Assembly: GCA_001179505.1 (NCBI GenBank)
Contig: CDMY01000442.1
Location: 1 to 64,000, forward strand
DNA from: Vitrella brassicaformis CCMP3155
Taxonomy: Eukaryota > Protista > Chromerida
Direction: 5' to 3'
Length of the DNA stretch: 64,000 bases
Below, piece after piece: positions 49,299 through 61,500 of the stretch. Position numbers and translations under genes: made by a program. How positions within the stretch are numbered: the stretch's first letter is position 1; each line of letters begins with the position of its first letter. Below the pieces are notes generated by a model. The model was not told the DNA's origin, searched no databases, and saw only the letters and a program-made list of their open reading frames with translations.

Positions 49299-52200
49299 CT
49301 GACTGAACCAGGGAGCGAGAGGGGGTGGGGGGGCTGCGTGTACGCGTGTGTCTTCATTTGGGAGCTGGTGGTGCATGCATCTCGTCGAGTCTGTGTGATG
49401 TGATGTAATGTGCGGTGCGCTTCGGTCGATTGGCTGTGAGTGACGTGACACCTCGCCGTGCCGTCTTAGGGTCGTCTCTTGGTGTCGGTCTTTCCACGAC
49501 AGACAAGGCGGGCGACGATCCATGCCATGCACACCGAGCCGAGGGCAGACAGACAGACAATTGACCGTGCGCGGCGCATACCATCGATTTTTGTGGGTGG
49601 TCTGAATGAATGACGCACGGGTTCATGGATGCCTGCCCTGCATACCTAGCTGCCCTGCAGTCAGTGGGTCCACACAGTGAGCGAGCAAGGAAGGCAAGGT
49701 ACGCTGCAGGCTGCCTTGCCTTCCACGTCTGCATATATATGACACGACATACATACATACGTGGTATGTGTGTGCTGCCTGCGTGTCCGGCCTGGTGTGA
49801 GAGAAGCGGACCGGCCGATTTTCTGGACGGGACGGATGCGTGTGGTGTTGGTTGGCGGCTTGCGCGTCTGTGCGTCCGGCTAGCTGTAGAATGGACCAAT
49901 GGATGGATGGATGGATGGCAGGCAGGCAGGAGGCACGTGTGGTTTTAAGCCGACAAGCGACCGACTCTGCCCACTGTGTGCTTTGTGTCGTGACATCGGT
50001 ATCAACCACCATCGGTTCGGTTCGGTTCACACACGAGCGACTGATCAAATGTAAAGCTTCTAGATGGCGACGCGCAAATGTCTGTCATCAAACCAAACCA
50101 GGCGGCCACACCTGCCTGCACCGATGTGCACGTAGTCAGCCTGCCTGCCTGCCTTCGCTCCCTCTCCCCTTGTTTGACATCTGCTCGCTCCGTCTCCGTC
50201 ATCTGGTCCACCCTCGCATGAGAAAAAGCTGTGTGTTGATGTAAACACACACCCCGCACGGACAGGTGAGGGGAGGCCCTGTGCGGGCGGGGGACACACA
50301 CACACACAGCTACACACACACCTACACACACATGGACGTGGACCACGTGGAGGGAAATAATTGGCAGGCACAGCACGCATGAGCGTGGAGGCAGGCAGGC
50401 AGGCCACCGGCAGCAGCATGCAAGCAAAGCATGCAAGGCATCACATCACAACACATCACATCACAACACATCACAGCGCCACACACCACCAGCAGCAGCA
50501 AGGGCATGCAGTCACCACCAAGCAGACAAACACGCAATCAACCAACCAACCAGCCAACCAGCCAGCCAGGCAACGACTGTGTCTCGGGTACGAAATGCAC
50601 GTGCAACCACCACACACATCATCAAACGCCTCAAGTGTATGTATATGTGCTGACACACAAGACAACCAGACAGAGACAGACAGACAGGTGGGTGGGCCGC
50701 CATGGCACCCGACCGACCGACCGACAAGCATCGCTTGAGTGGTATGTACGACGTGAGTGAGTATCAACAGTAGCAACCAACAGGCAGGCCATTGCACCCA
50801 CACACCCATGTCATCAATGTAGCCACACAGCAGAGCAGCGCAGCAGCAGCACCGAGTATCAACCAGCCCAACCCAAGACCCCCCATCTACCCACCCCACC
50901 GGCAGCAGCACACTCATCGGACGGACAGTGGATAAAACACTTCCGAGAGCTAGCTACCTCGCTCGGTGCCATCCATGAGCCCCCTCCCTCCTCCCCCCCC
51001 CTGTCGATTCATTTCTGCAGCCAACTGGTGCTGCATCGCCTTCACCGACACGAGCTCGAGAGCGATCAGACACACTGGTGGACCAGCGTGTTGAATGCCC
51101 CAACAGCCCGGTCAGGTGACAGCAACGACAGCTGCCATCACTCGCTGCATTAGTAAGACAAGCCGTGACAAGACTCGACACAGCTAACCAGACAGCGACC
51201 AGCCAGGGAGTCAGTGTAGGGGTCGACAGGACATGACATGAACATCGGCCCAGCACTCTTGAAACTTTACCTGCTCTCCGCAGATAGACGTGAGGCTCTG
51301 GTCTCTCTCTCTCGCTCTCTTCCAATTACTCACTCACTCGCCCGTCTGTCTCTGTGTCTGTCATGCTGACTGAGTGTATGCGGCCGCCCCATCCACTGTA
51401 CTGCTCCCATACCGGTCGTTTGCACGAGACCAGTTGAGTTGATGAAGCCACAGCACCCATTCCCTCAGCACACAAAAACTGGACGGACGGGCAAGACACC
51501 CCAGTGACTGACACGACATCAATCCCACGATCCGATCACACATGCGTGCAGGCAGGCAGGCAGGCAGGCACGGTGGTCCCATCCATGTCGGTCGTCGTCA
51601 AACAGACAACAGAAGCAGCCGCCGGTTGGGGTGTGTGGCTACGCGTGAGGGTGTGGTGTGAGTGGGTCATTCATTGATATGATGAGGGGGTGTCTGTCGT
51701 GTGTCTACACGTAGTACACGTCACGTACGTGTGTATGTGTGTGTGTATGATGGGACGGATGGTACCGGTCACTCAGTGAGTGAGTGAGGGCATGGCAGCC
51801 CGCACGATAGATACGCGTGGTCAGTCAGAGTCAGAAAAACAGACAGTCAGTGCTCACTCATGAGATAGATGATGAAGAGCGACAACATGAAGAATGAATG
51901 AACGTGTGGTGATCGAGGGAGAGACATGCATGGAGACAGACAGACCGACAGAGAGAACGACAAATTGAAAGAGGCACACAGCACAACACAGCACAACAAC
52001 ACGGACCGGATGAATGAAGGTTGAGTTGAGTGTGCAAGTCAGTCAATGACACACACACACACACACACACACATACACACACTCAGACACACAAAGAAAG
52101 AAAGAAAGAAACAGACACACAACGCAGACAGACCGACCCCCCACCCGACCGAAGATAAACAGGGCCATCCCCACCTATACACGCTTTCGTGTACTCTCTC

Positions 52201-52953
52201 TCTCTACCCGTCCGTCCCATCCCATCCCATCCTCCTTGTTGGATACTAAGGTACGCATCATGTCATGTCATGTGTGGGCTATATAATGAATGAATGAATG
52301 GATTAGATCAACGTAGGTAGGTGTAGCTACGTACGTCCTTTCACCGGATGTCCTTCCTCTCGAGCTGTCTGTCGGTTTGTCGGTCGTCAGGCCGCCGGCG
52401 AGCCGCTAGCTATGGTACAGACGACATCACATCCATCCATCTCCATGACATCAACCAACCGGTCTGTCTGTCATCAAAGAAAGACGCGCGTGCACGTCAG
52501 TCGCGTCGCCAGGCAGCAGAGAGGAGAGGAGAGGAGAGACAGCAAGACAGCAAAGACAGACAGAGCTAAGACAGCAAGCAAGGAAAGGACACGCACATGG
52601 TCATCGACAGTGCGTCTTGTGTGATGTGGCAGCACGCCTCGCCAGCCATGCCGACCGACCGACCACATCACTCAATCAATCCCATCCATCCATCCATCCA
52701 TCCCCGTAATCCTCCAGCACGAGAAAAATATTTCCCCCTTAAGGTCCCCTCCCCGCCCTGCCCGCGCCACACCACATGTACGAGAAAACGGCCCAGCCCA
52801 GCCCAGCCGCAGCAGGAGCCCCAGCGAGAGGCGCGCGTCTATCCATTCCATCCCTAGCCCTTACGGCCCGCCATTCACGTGAATGGCGACGAAAAACACT
52901 TGCCCACAAACACGCGACGCGCACACAAAGCTTGCATCCGTGTCAGTGTCACG

Positions 52954-55900
52954 TCACGCAGACCGCCTATTGGGGCCTCTGGCGACGGGGCTCCTGCCAG
53001 GTGAGATGAGGTTGGTGTCCTCGCTGTTGCCGTCGATGCTGCCGTGTAGGTGGCTGGGCGATGCGCTACTGGATGAGCTCATGGGTGATGCCATGACGGT
53101 GTCCTGCGAGCTGCACCGGTGCTCCTTGCCCAGCGGCAGCCGGGGGGGCGGCAGACTGACGTTGTTGGGGACGGGGCCGCCCTTGCCGCTGCCGCCGCCC
53201 ACGACGTAGGGCGCCATGGTGTGGGCGTGGAGGGGCTTCCGGGGCGAGGGAGACGCAGGCGATAACTGCAAAGACATCACACACACATGAACAGCACACC
53301 AAATGAATTAGACGGTCGATGGATGCGATGCGCATGTGTGTTGTGTTGCGTACGTGTGGCGAGTAGAGTGGCGAGGTGGGTACGGCCGTGGCGAGGGTGG
53401 CCAGCGATGACGCGCTGGGCTGCTGCAGGGCCGACCGGTACACGCCCACCGACACGCTCGCGTGGGGCGTCAGCTCAGGCAACACTACTGGGTCAAACGA
53501 AGGACCGTCGGGAATCGTGTTGCTGCAGACACCACCATACACCGAACAACACAGCCCACACACAGAGTCCCTTGGCTGTCGGTGTCTTGTCTATGTGGGT
53601 GGTCATTCATTCGGCTGGTTCACCGTACGTACCGTCTGTATGTTGCGTCTTGCGGCAGCGAGTTGAGGTGGTCGACCACCCATGGGTGGTGCAGCGCCTG
53701 CTGGGCCGTCATGCGCTTCCGGGGGTCGCGGTGCAGCAACTTGTATATCAGATCTACCGCCAACTTCGGAACGTCCTTCTGCCACACACACACACGACAC
53801 ACGACACACACGGATGGATGGATGGATGATGCGGGTGTGGTGTGTCTCTCTGTGTGTCCCTCCTTGCCTACCCGTTTGGTCATGTTGGGCAGTGGGCAGC
53901 TGAGTAGTGAGCGCATCATGTCCTCCTCAGACTCGCCCTCAAACGGCAGATGCCCGAATATCATCCAAAATAAACAAATGCCTACACCGCACCGATACAC
54001 ACAGGATAGACAGGATAACACGCAAACGTATATGTCAGTCTGTCAACAGGCATGGACGTCATGTCCCGTGCGAGGAGAGGAGTGAGTGAGAGCCTTGTGT
54101 GTTTGTGAGTGCCTACCGAGGCTCCAGACATCGGCTGGGAGTCCGTATGCGCCAAATATCACCTCGGGGGCGACGAAGGGAATCGACCCAAGGCCCTCTG
54201 CTAGCGAATCGTTGCCGCCCACCACCTATACTCGCACACACACAGACACACCAGTGCAGTGCAGTGCGTCCATTCGTGTGTGGTGTCGTGTCGCATCTCT
54301 GTGTGTGTGCATCTGACTGATCTGTGCAGTGCAGTCAGTGTTGTCAGTACCTTAGTGGCGAATCCGAAGTCTGTCAGAATGATGGCGGCCTTGGACAGAT
54401 CGCTCTGAGTCAGCATGAAGTTCTGAGGCTTGATGTCGCTAAAACCACACACAACACAGACACACAACGACCAGCCAGACATACAATGCCTGCCTGCCTT
54501 CATCGCCCGCCAACCACTTCATTCACTCACGCCCCTCGCTTAAGTGCAGTGCAGTGCTCACCGGTGGGCGATTTTCCGTTCGTGGAGGCTCCTGACGGCG
54601 AGGAGCATCTGTGTGAAGATCTTGGCCTTGAGGTCCTCCGGCGTCCGCTTCAGTTCGTCCGCCCTGTCCCAGAGCTCGCCGCCGTCGAGTTTCTCCATGA
54701 CGAGGTAGACGGCGGGCCCGTGCTCCACCACCTCATACAGCTGCACCACAAACGGACCCGCACCCTCCTGAACCGTAGACACCTCCGATAACAGCTCCTT
54801 CCTAAACACACACACAGACATCCCACAGACACGCAGAGGGACATTCACAAGGTGTCTGGAGAGGGGGGGAGGGGGGGGGGGGGGTCAGNNNNNNNNNNNN
54901 NNNNNNNNNNNNNNNNNNNNNNNNNNNNNNNNNNNNNNNNNNNNNNNNNNNNNNNNNNNNNNNNNNNNNNNNNNNNNNNNNNNNNNNNNNNNNNNNNNNN
55001 NNNNNNNNNNNNNNNNNNNNNNNNNNNNNNNNNNNNNNNNNNNNNNNNNNNNNNNNNNNNNNNNNNNNNNNNNNNNNNNNNNNNNNNNNNNNNNNNNNNN
55101 NNNNNNNNNNNNNNNNNNNNNNNNNNNNNNNNNNNNNNNNNNNNNNNNNNNNNNNNNNNNNNNNNNNNNNNNNNNNNNNNNNNNNNNNGGGGGGGGGGGG
55201 GGTCAGAGGGGGAAGCCCACCCACCGAGTGACTTCTTCCTTCTGGATGGCTTGTCTCTCCATCTTGCACCGCCTCTCGGGCAGCCACCGCCAGCCCTTCC
55301 GGTAGACAAAGTAGCTCCCCCCCGCGCTGGCCGGACACTCCATCGCCCCCCCACCGCCCACACTGATGGTGTCCAGCTCCCTCTCGTCCACCAGCGAGCT
55401 GCGGGACCGCCGTGGCGGCGAGTGGTCGGTGGTAGACAACATGGCGTCAAGCTGGTTCGACTCGGCGCGCGGCCTCCCGCCTTGCATTTGGCGGGTGAAG
55501 CCCAGCCGGTCGGGGGAGCTGTTAAGCGAGTGCTCTGCGGCGCGTCTCTGGTTGTCCACGTCGGGGTAGAGGGAGTGCCTGTTAGCGAGACCCGTGTTGC
55601 GATGTGGGTGGGTGTGGGTGTAGCCGTGGGGTGAGGACCGGTGGGCGGCGTGAGGGGTGCGGTCGATCTTGACGTGGGCTATCTTGACAATCCGGGAAGG
55701 GGCGCCGTCACGGGGAATCGCCTCGTGCACCTGACACACACACAAGACACAGACCACACACAAAACAGACAGACAGGCAGAGAGACATCAATCGATCCAC
55801 GAGGCAGCCAGTCGCCACCCCCACCACTGTCCCTCCCTCCTCCCCGAGTGTGTGATGTGATGCCTCACAATCGAGTAGGATCCCTCGCCGAGTCTCTTGC

Positions 55901-56165
55901 CCAAAGCGTATTGGTCGACGAGTCCCGGTATGCCCGTGAGACTCCCGACTCGGTATCCGTTGCTCCCCCGTCCTCGCGGCGTGGTGGCGGCGCTGGAGCC
56001 GCCAGACATCCGCCTCTCCTTGGCACTGACCTCCTGGCGGGGCGGAAGGGCGAGGAATGTGGGCGGGGTGGTCTCTGTGGGGTCGGCAAGAGGCTCATCG
56101 CACGACTTGGACTGTCGGTGGCTGCGACCGAAGAGCGGTAAAGGCAGACAGCGGCTCACGGCCAT
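52954..56165 (-). CDS. Ser/Thr protein kinase of the CAMK group with a large N-lobe insertion
   Basis: YALGKRLGEGSYSIV; SRIVKI; LLSEV; FVVQLYEV..VYLVMEKLDGGELWD; HRDIKPQNF; TDFGFA; GSIPFVAPEV; ADVWSLG; DPRKRMTAQQALHHPW. No EF-hands after the kinase domain. Confidence 0.92.
54889..55188. other. Assembly gap (300 N) between poly-G runs, inside a kinase intron
   Basis: Run of N. Both flanks contain G(>=13)TCAG, and the exons join in frame (KEEVTR|KELLSE). Confidence 0.97.
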
Positions 56166-56257
56166 CGATGGATACCACAGCTGGTTGGTGATGTAATCTC
56201 AAGTCAACTACACTCGGCAAAGAATCCTGTTCCGCCTGTCTGACATCAGTATTCGCT

Positions 56258-56270
56258 GCCCTAACTCCAA
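56258..56270. promoter_or_regulatory. Candidate promoter motif GCCCTAACTCCAA (reverse complement TTGGAGTTAGGGC) in the kinase/WDR35 divergent promoter
   Basis: One-base-shorter variant of the 14-mer at 42606 and 47658. Confidence 0.35.
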
Positions 56271-56517
56271 CGAAGCTTCCATGAACCCTAGAACCCAAAC
56301 CCCGGTGGGGTTTATCCACGAGCAGTCACACACTGCCTGTGTGTCTGACTCGTCTTGGTCAGGTGCAGCACAGCACTTGCCGCATGTAAGTGACAATCCA
56401 TCGCAACCAACCGCATTCATTTCCCCATTTAAATATTTGATGGGTGCGGCGTGACCTGCCTGCCTGACGGGCCTTTCGTTCATCCCCACGTACCCCAGCA
56501 GCCATCCATCGAGGAGG

Positions 56518-58090
56518 ATGTTTGTGTATCTGAGCAAGAAGATCGCCATCCCGCACAACCTGGCGCTGCACGTGCTGTCGTGGAACGAGGCCAACGGGTG
56601 GATAGCATGTGGTGGCGAGCGGGGACTCTTGAAGGTCCTCAAGCTCGACGGACATACGCAGCCGGGGGACCAGCAGCAGCAGCAGCAGCCGCCGCCCAAG
56701 GGCACACCAGGGCAGAGCAACCTCTCCATGAACCAAACACTCGAAGGACACCAAGGCAAGCGCGTCACACACACAAGGAGGGAGGGTGCGTACAGCATGG
56801 CTGTGTGTGTGGGTGTGGGTGAGTGCTGTCTGCAGGGAACATCATGGTGGTGACTTGGAATGAGCATTTCCGGAAGCTGACGACGAGTGACCAGAACGGG
56901 CTGATCATCGTCTGGATGCTGCACCGGGGTATATGGTTTGAGGAGATGATCAACAACCGCAACAGGAGCGTCGTGCGGGACATGAAGTGGACGCCTGACG
57001 GACAGAAGATCTGCATCGTCTACGAGGACGGGGCGGTCATTGTCGGCACGGTCGATGGCCAGAGGCTATGGGTAAGTGAGTGGCTGGTTCGGTGGATGGC
57101 GTGTGCGTGTGTGAAATGACTGACAGAGGTGAAGGTGTGTGTGTGTGTGTGTGTGTGGTGGTGGTGGCATCGTATCGCATCGCCACCGTCATATAACATA
57201 GGGTCGTGAGGTGAAGACTCAGTTGGCGTTTGTGGAGTGGTCACCCGACAGCAAGAACATACTCTTCTGCACTCTCACTGGAGAGGTATGGTTGGTACCA
57301 CATCACCACCTCACCATACACACAACACACAACACAATAGATCGATAGAGTGATCAGATCAGATCAGATCAACCACCAGACGTCTACTTGTGCGTCTGTT
57401 TGTGTGTGTGCGTCACTCACGTGTGCCTACCTACGGTACGTACGGCAGGTTCACGTCTACGACAACGAGGGCATCTACTCGCATAAGGTGGCCATCCACT
57501 GCCTTGACGAGGGCACTCACACCAACGTACCCGTAGCCGGCATCCAGTGGTATGCATTGCAATGCATTGAATGCATTGCAGGTGCAGACAGACACAGGCA
57601 CACGACGAAGTGTGTGTCTTGGCTGTGTGGGTCCCTATGTCCCTATGTGTGTGTGCAGGTATGACGGTCACCGCGGCCCCGAACCGACCGTTCCCGCTCT
57701 CGCAATCGCATTCGAGAACGGTACGTGGCGATGCAGACGTCAAGATGATGGGCATACATACTTTGTGGCCGTCCGTGTGTCGTGTCCCTCCCGCAGGTCG
57801 TGTGCAGCTGATGCGTTGCGACACGGACGACAGGCCCATCCTCCTCGACACTCAGATGAAGTGCTCAGGTTAGGACTGCAGTGAGTGACTGCCTGCCACC
57901 CACCGACCCACCCACCCTGCCATGGGCTCTGTGGCCATGTCGTGTCGTGTACACCATGCTGTGTGGCCGCACACACTGGGCGGGGGGGAGAGAGAGCCGT
58001 CCAGTCCACGGCATGCATTGATTCGCAGACCCTGGCACCAACTCATGCCATGGATGGGCCAGCGTCTGATAGTTCTCTGCCACACCTCCA

Positions 58091-58124
<34 letters not shown>

Positions 58125-58536
58125 TGTGTCAGCGTTGCGTTGGAGCCCCTCCGGCACTGCGGTGACCATCGCTGGCATGCAGGCGCAGGGGGAAACCACA
58201 GGTGAGTTACAAGCCGGTTGGTGGGGTGGGGGTGGGCCCACGGGGACAACCGACACAACCATTAATGACACACACACGCATCCCATCCACCCCACCTATG
58301 TGTGCATCATCCATCATTGCGTGTGTCGTGTGTGTGTGTGTGTGTGTGTGGAGGTGAGGGCGGGTCGATGCGCGAGGTGGGTGTGGTTCAGTTCTACAGC
58401 CCAATGGGGCAGCATCTTCGCACTCTGAGAGTACCCGGACACAGCCTCAAGGCCATCAGCTGGGACGGCGCTGGTGAGTGAGCCGCCCAAACAACCAGCC
58501 ACACCACAGCCACGCCTTTGGATGCACTCATGTCCA

Positions 58537-58571
<35 letters not shown>

Positions 58572-61500
58572 TTGTGTGTGGCATCAGGTCTGCGGATCGC
58601 ATTGGCTGTCGACTCGCACATTTTCTTTGCCAACATCCGGCCCGACTATCTGGCGGCCTACTTCTCCCACACGCTGGTCTACGCCGTCCTCAAGAAGGAG
58701 CGCAACGAATACGCCGTCATCTTCTGGGACACACGCAGAGACGAAGTGAGGCCTGTGTGTCTTGTGTTGTGTTGATTGGGATGGGCTGGACATGCCTGTC
58801 TGTGTGTCTGTCTGTGTCTGTGTGTGTGTGTGAAGCGTTACACCAAGTACATCAAGAAGTTGCTGCATGTCAAGGCGGGGGAGGACTACTGTGTGCTCGC
58901 CACCAAGACAGAGGAGGCCGCCGAGCAGCACATTCTCATCGTGTGCAATGACATCGGTCAGTAGACCTGCCGGATGGACACAGCACAGCACACACAGTCC
59001 ACAGACGCACGTGTGTGGACTGTGTATGTGTGTGTATGTGTGTGTTGTATGTGCAGGTTCCCCGGTGCAGTCTCAGTATCTGACGATCGAGCCCCTCCAC
59101 GTCTGCATGACGTCGTCACACGTCATGGCCGCATCAGAGGTATGTAACCCCTCCCCTCCCCCTCCCCCTTGCCCTCCCAACCCACATCCACACCCACACC
59201 CACACTCCCATCAACCAACGCGCTCCAAATGCAGGACACAGTGTACATATGGCAGTACCGGTCGTCGCTTCCCAGCCGTGGCGGTGTGGCCGGCGTGGGC
59301 GACACCCTCACCCTCACCGCCACCTCGGCGTCCACCATCCCACCTGGATCAGCATCGGCAGGCCTCGTCCCCCAGCCCCACAGGCGGCGTGTGGAGCAGA
59401 TGTTCCACATCGACGAGTATGAGGGCGGGGCGAGCGACAAGGAGGCATTCAGACACCCGGGCACCGTTTGCCAAGACCCCATTGCATGCATCGCAGCAAG
59501 TGACAGGTGTGTATGGACCGATGGCTGCGTGGGGGCATGGATGGATGGATCTTTGTGTGTGTGTGTGTGTGTGTGTGCAGTTGTCTGGTGGTGGGTCGTG
59601 AGTCCGGGACGGTGCAGCGTTACTCTCTGCCGCATCTGGCGCTGGACGGCAAGGTGCTCATCCAGACGCGGCCCCAGGTGCTGGCGGTCAACTGTGCGAG
59701 CAGCTGCATGACATGCATCGACATCAATGGCATACTCACCCTTTACAACATCCAACACAGGTGCCTGAGGGGGTGGGTGACAGACACCACACGACCAGCC
59801 AAGCCGCATTGAATTGATGCCTCCTGCTCGCACTCGTGTGTGCCTGTAGGGGGAAGGGGCAGATGGGCGAGCAGCTGGATTTTGAGCGAAAGGTCAGTCC
59901 AGTCAGGAGCACACCGACGACAGGGAGAGGGGGGAAGGGTGCGAGACGAGACGTACACGGATGTGTGTGTGTGTGTGTGTGACATGGGTGTGGTGTAGGA
60001 TGTGTGGGACATGCGATGGGCGAGTGACAACCCCGACCTGTTTGCCCTCATGGAAAAGACACGCATGTACGTCGTCAGAGGTAGGTGGGCTACGCAGCCA
60101 TGCCATGCCATGCCATGCCATGCCAGGGAGGGAGGGAGGGAGGGATACATCTTGTCTTGTCACGCCACACACAAACACACATTCGCCATGCCATACCATG
60201 GTCTGCATGTGATGTGACGTGACACACACACAGGTACCGACCCCGAGGAGCCGGTCCTGTCCAACGGCTACATCTGCTCGTTCAAAGACCTGCACATACA
60301 GGTCAGTCAGGTCGGTGTGTATGCTATCCGTTGATCTCTGCGTGTGTGTGGTGTGTGTGTTTGTGTCCATTTGCTGACTTACTTCTGGATATACCGATCA
60401 GAGTGCGTTGATCGACGACTTGATGAAGAACCCCGACAGCGCCAAGAAGGACATCCTTCTCGAGTTCGACACCAAATCACTCAGAGACACAAGCGACATA
60501 CTCGTGCGCATAAGCCTATCAGATTATCTTGCACACACACATACACATACACACACACCACATCAACCAACATAACACACACCACACGCACTCCAAGCTT
60601 TGTGTGTGCTCATCTATCTCATCTGGTGTGATGTGATGGGATCGCATCATATCTTCCTTCAGACGAAGGTGTCAAACTTGAAGGATGCCTTCACCTACGT
60701 CGAGGAGAACCCACACCCTCGGCTATGGCGGCTGCTCGCCGAGGCCGCACTCGACCAACTGGAGCTCAGCGTAGCCGAAAAGGTAATTGCGTACCTTTCT
60801 CCCCAAGCACATGCCATGCCCACCTCTTGCCCACCCACCCACACGCGTCAGTCAGTGTGATGTGATGTGTGCAGGCGTTTGTGCGTTACGAGGAGTACCA
60901 GGGCATTCAGTTCGTGAAGCGTCTGCGGATGCTCGACGACAAGGTCAAGCAGAAGGCCGAGGTGGCCGCCTACTTCCAGCGATTCGACGAGGCCGAACAC
61001 CTCTACTTCGACATCGACCGGAAAGACCTCGCTCTAGACCTGCGGATCAAACTTGGTCGGCAAGCCTGCCTGCCTGCCTGCCGCACACTGGCCACATAGA
61101 TAGATGTGTGTGTGTGTGTGTGTGTGTGTGTACCTTGACCTCTCTGTGTGTGTCGGTGGACAGGGGATTGGTTCCGTGTGATTCAGCTGACGCAGGGTGG
61201 TGCTGGTGCTGGTGCAAGTGAGATACTCCACAGGGCTTACTCGGAAATCGGAGACTACTACGCCGGTCAGCCACCGACACAGAGCAGCAGCACATCCCGT
61301 TGTGTCCATCCCTGTGTGTGTGTGTGTGTGGATGTGGTCCGCCAGACCGCGGTAAGTGGCTTCAGGCGTCTCAGTACTACGCCAAGGCCGGCAACAACGC
61401 CGCACTCGTCGAAGCATACTACCTTCTAGAAGTAACCAACACACACACACACCACACGCCCCAAGCGCACAACCACCACACGCCACGTGTGTGTCAACAC

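Noticed and set aside
50954-51325. 123-aa minus-strand ORF in the large intergenic gap
   Set aside because: No coding-like codon bias or domain, and the apparent splice would not maintain a long frame.
56284-56303. Interstitial telomeric array
   Set aside because: Only one AACCCTAG word plus degenerate neighbours, not a tandem array. Mentioned only as a possible promoter telo-box.
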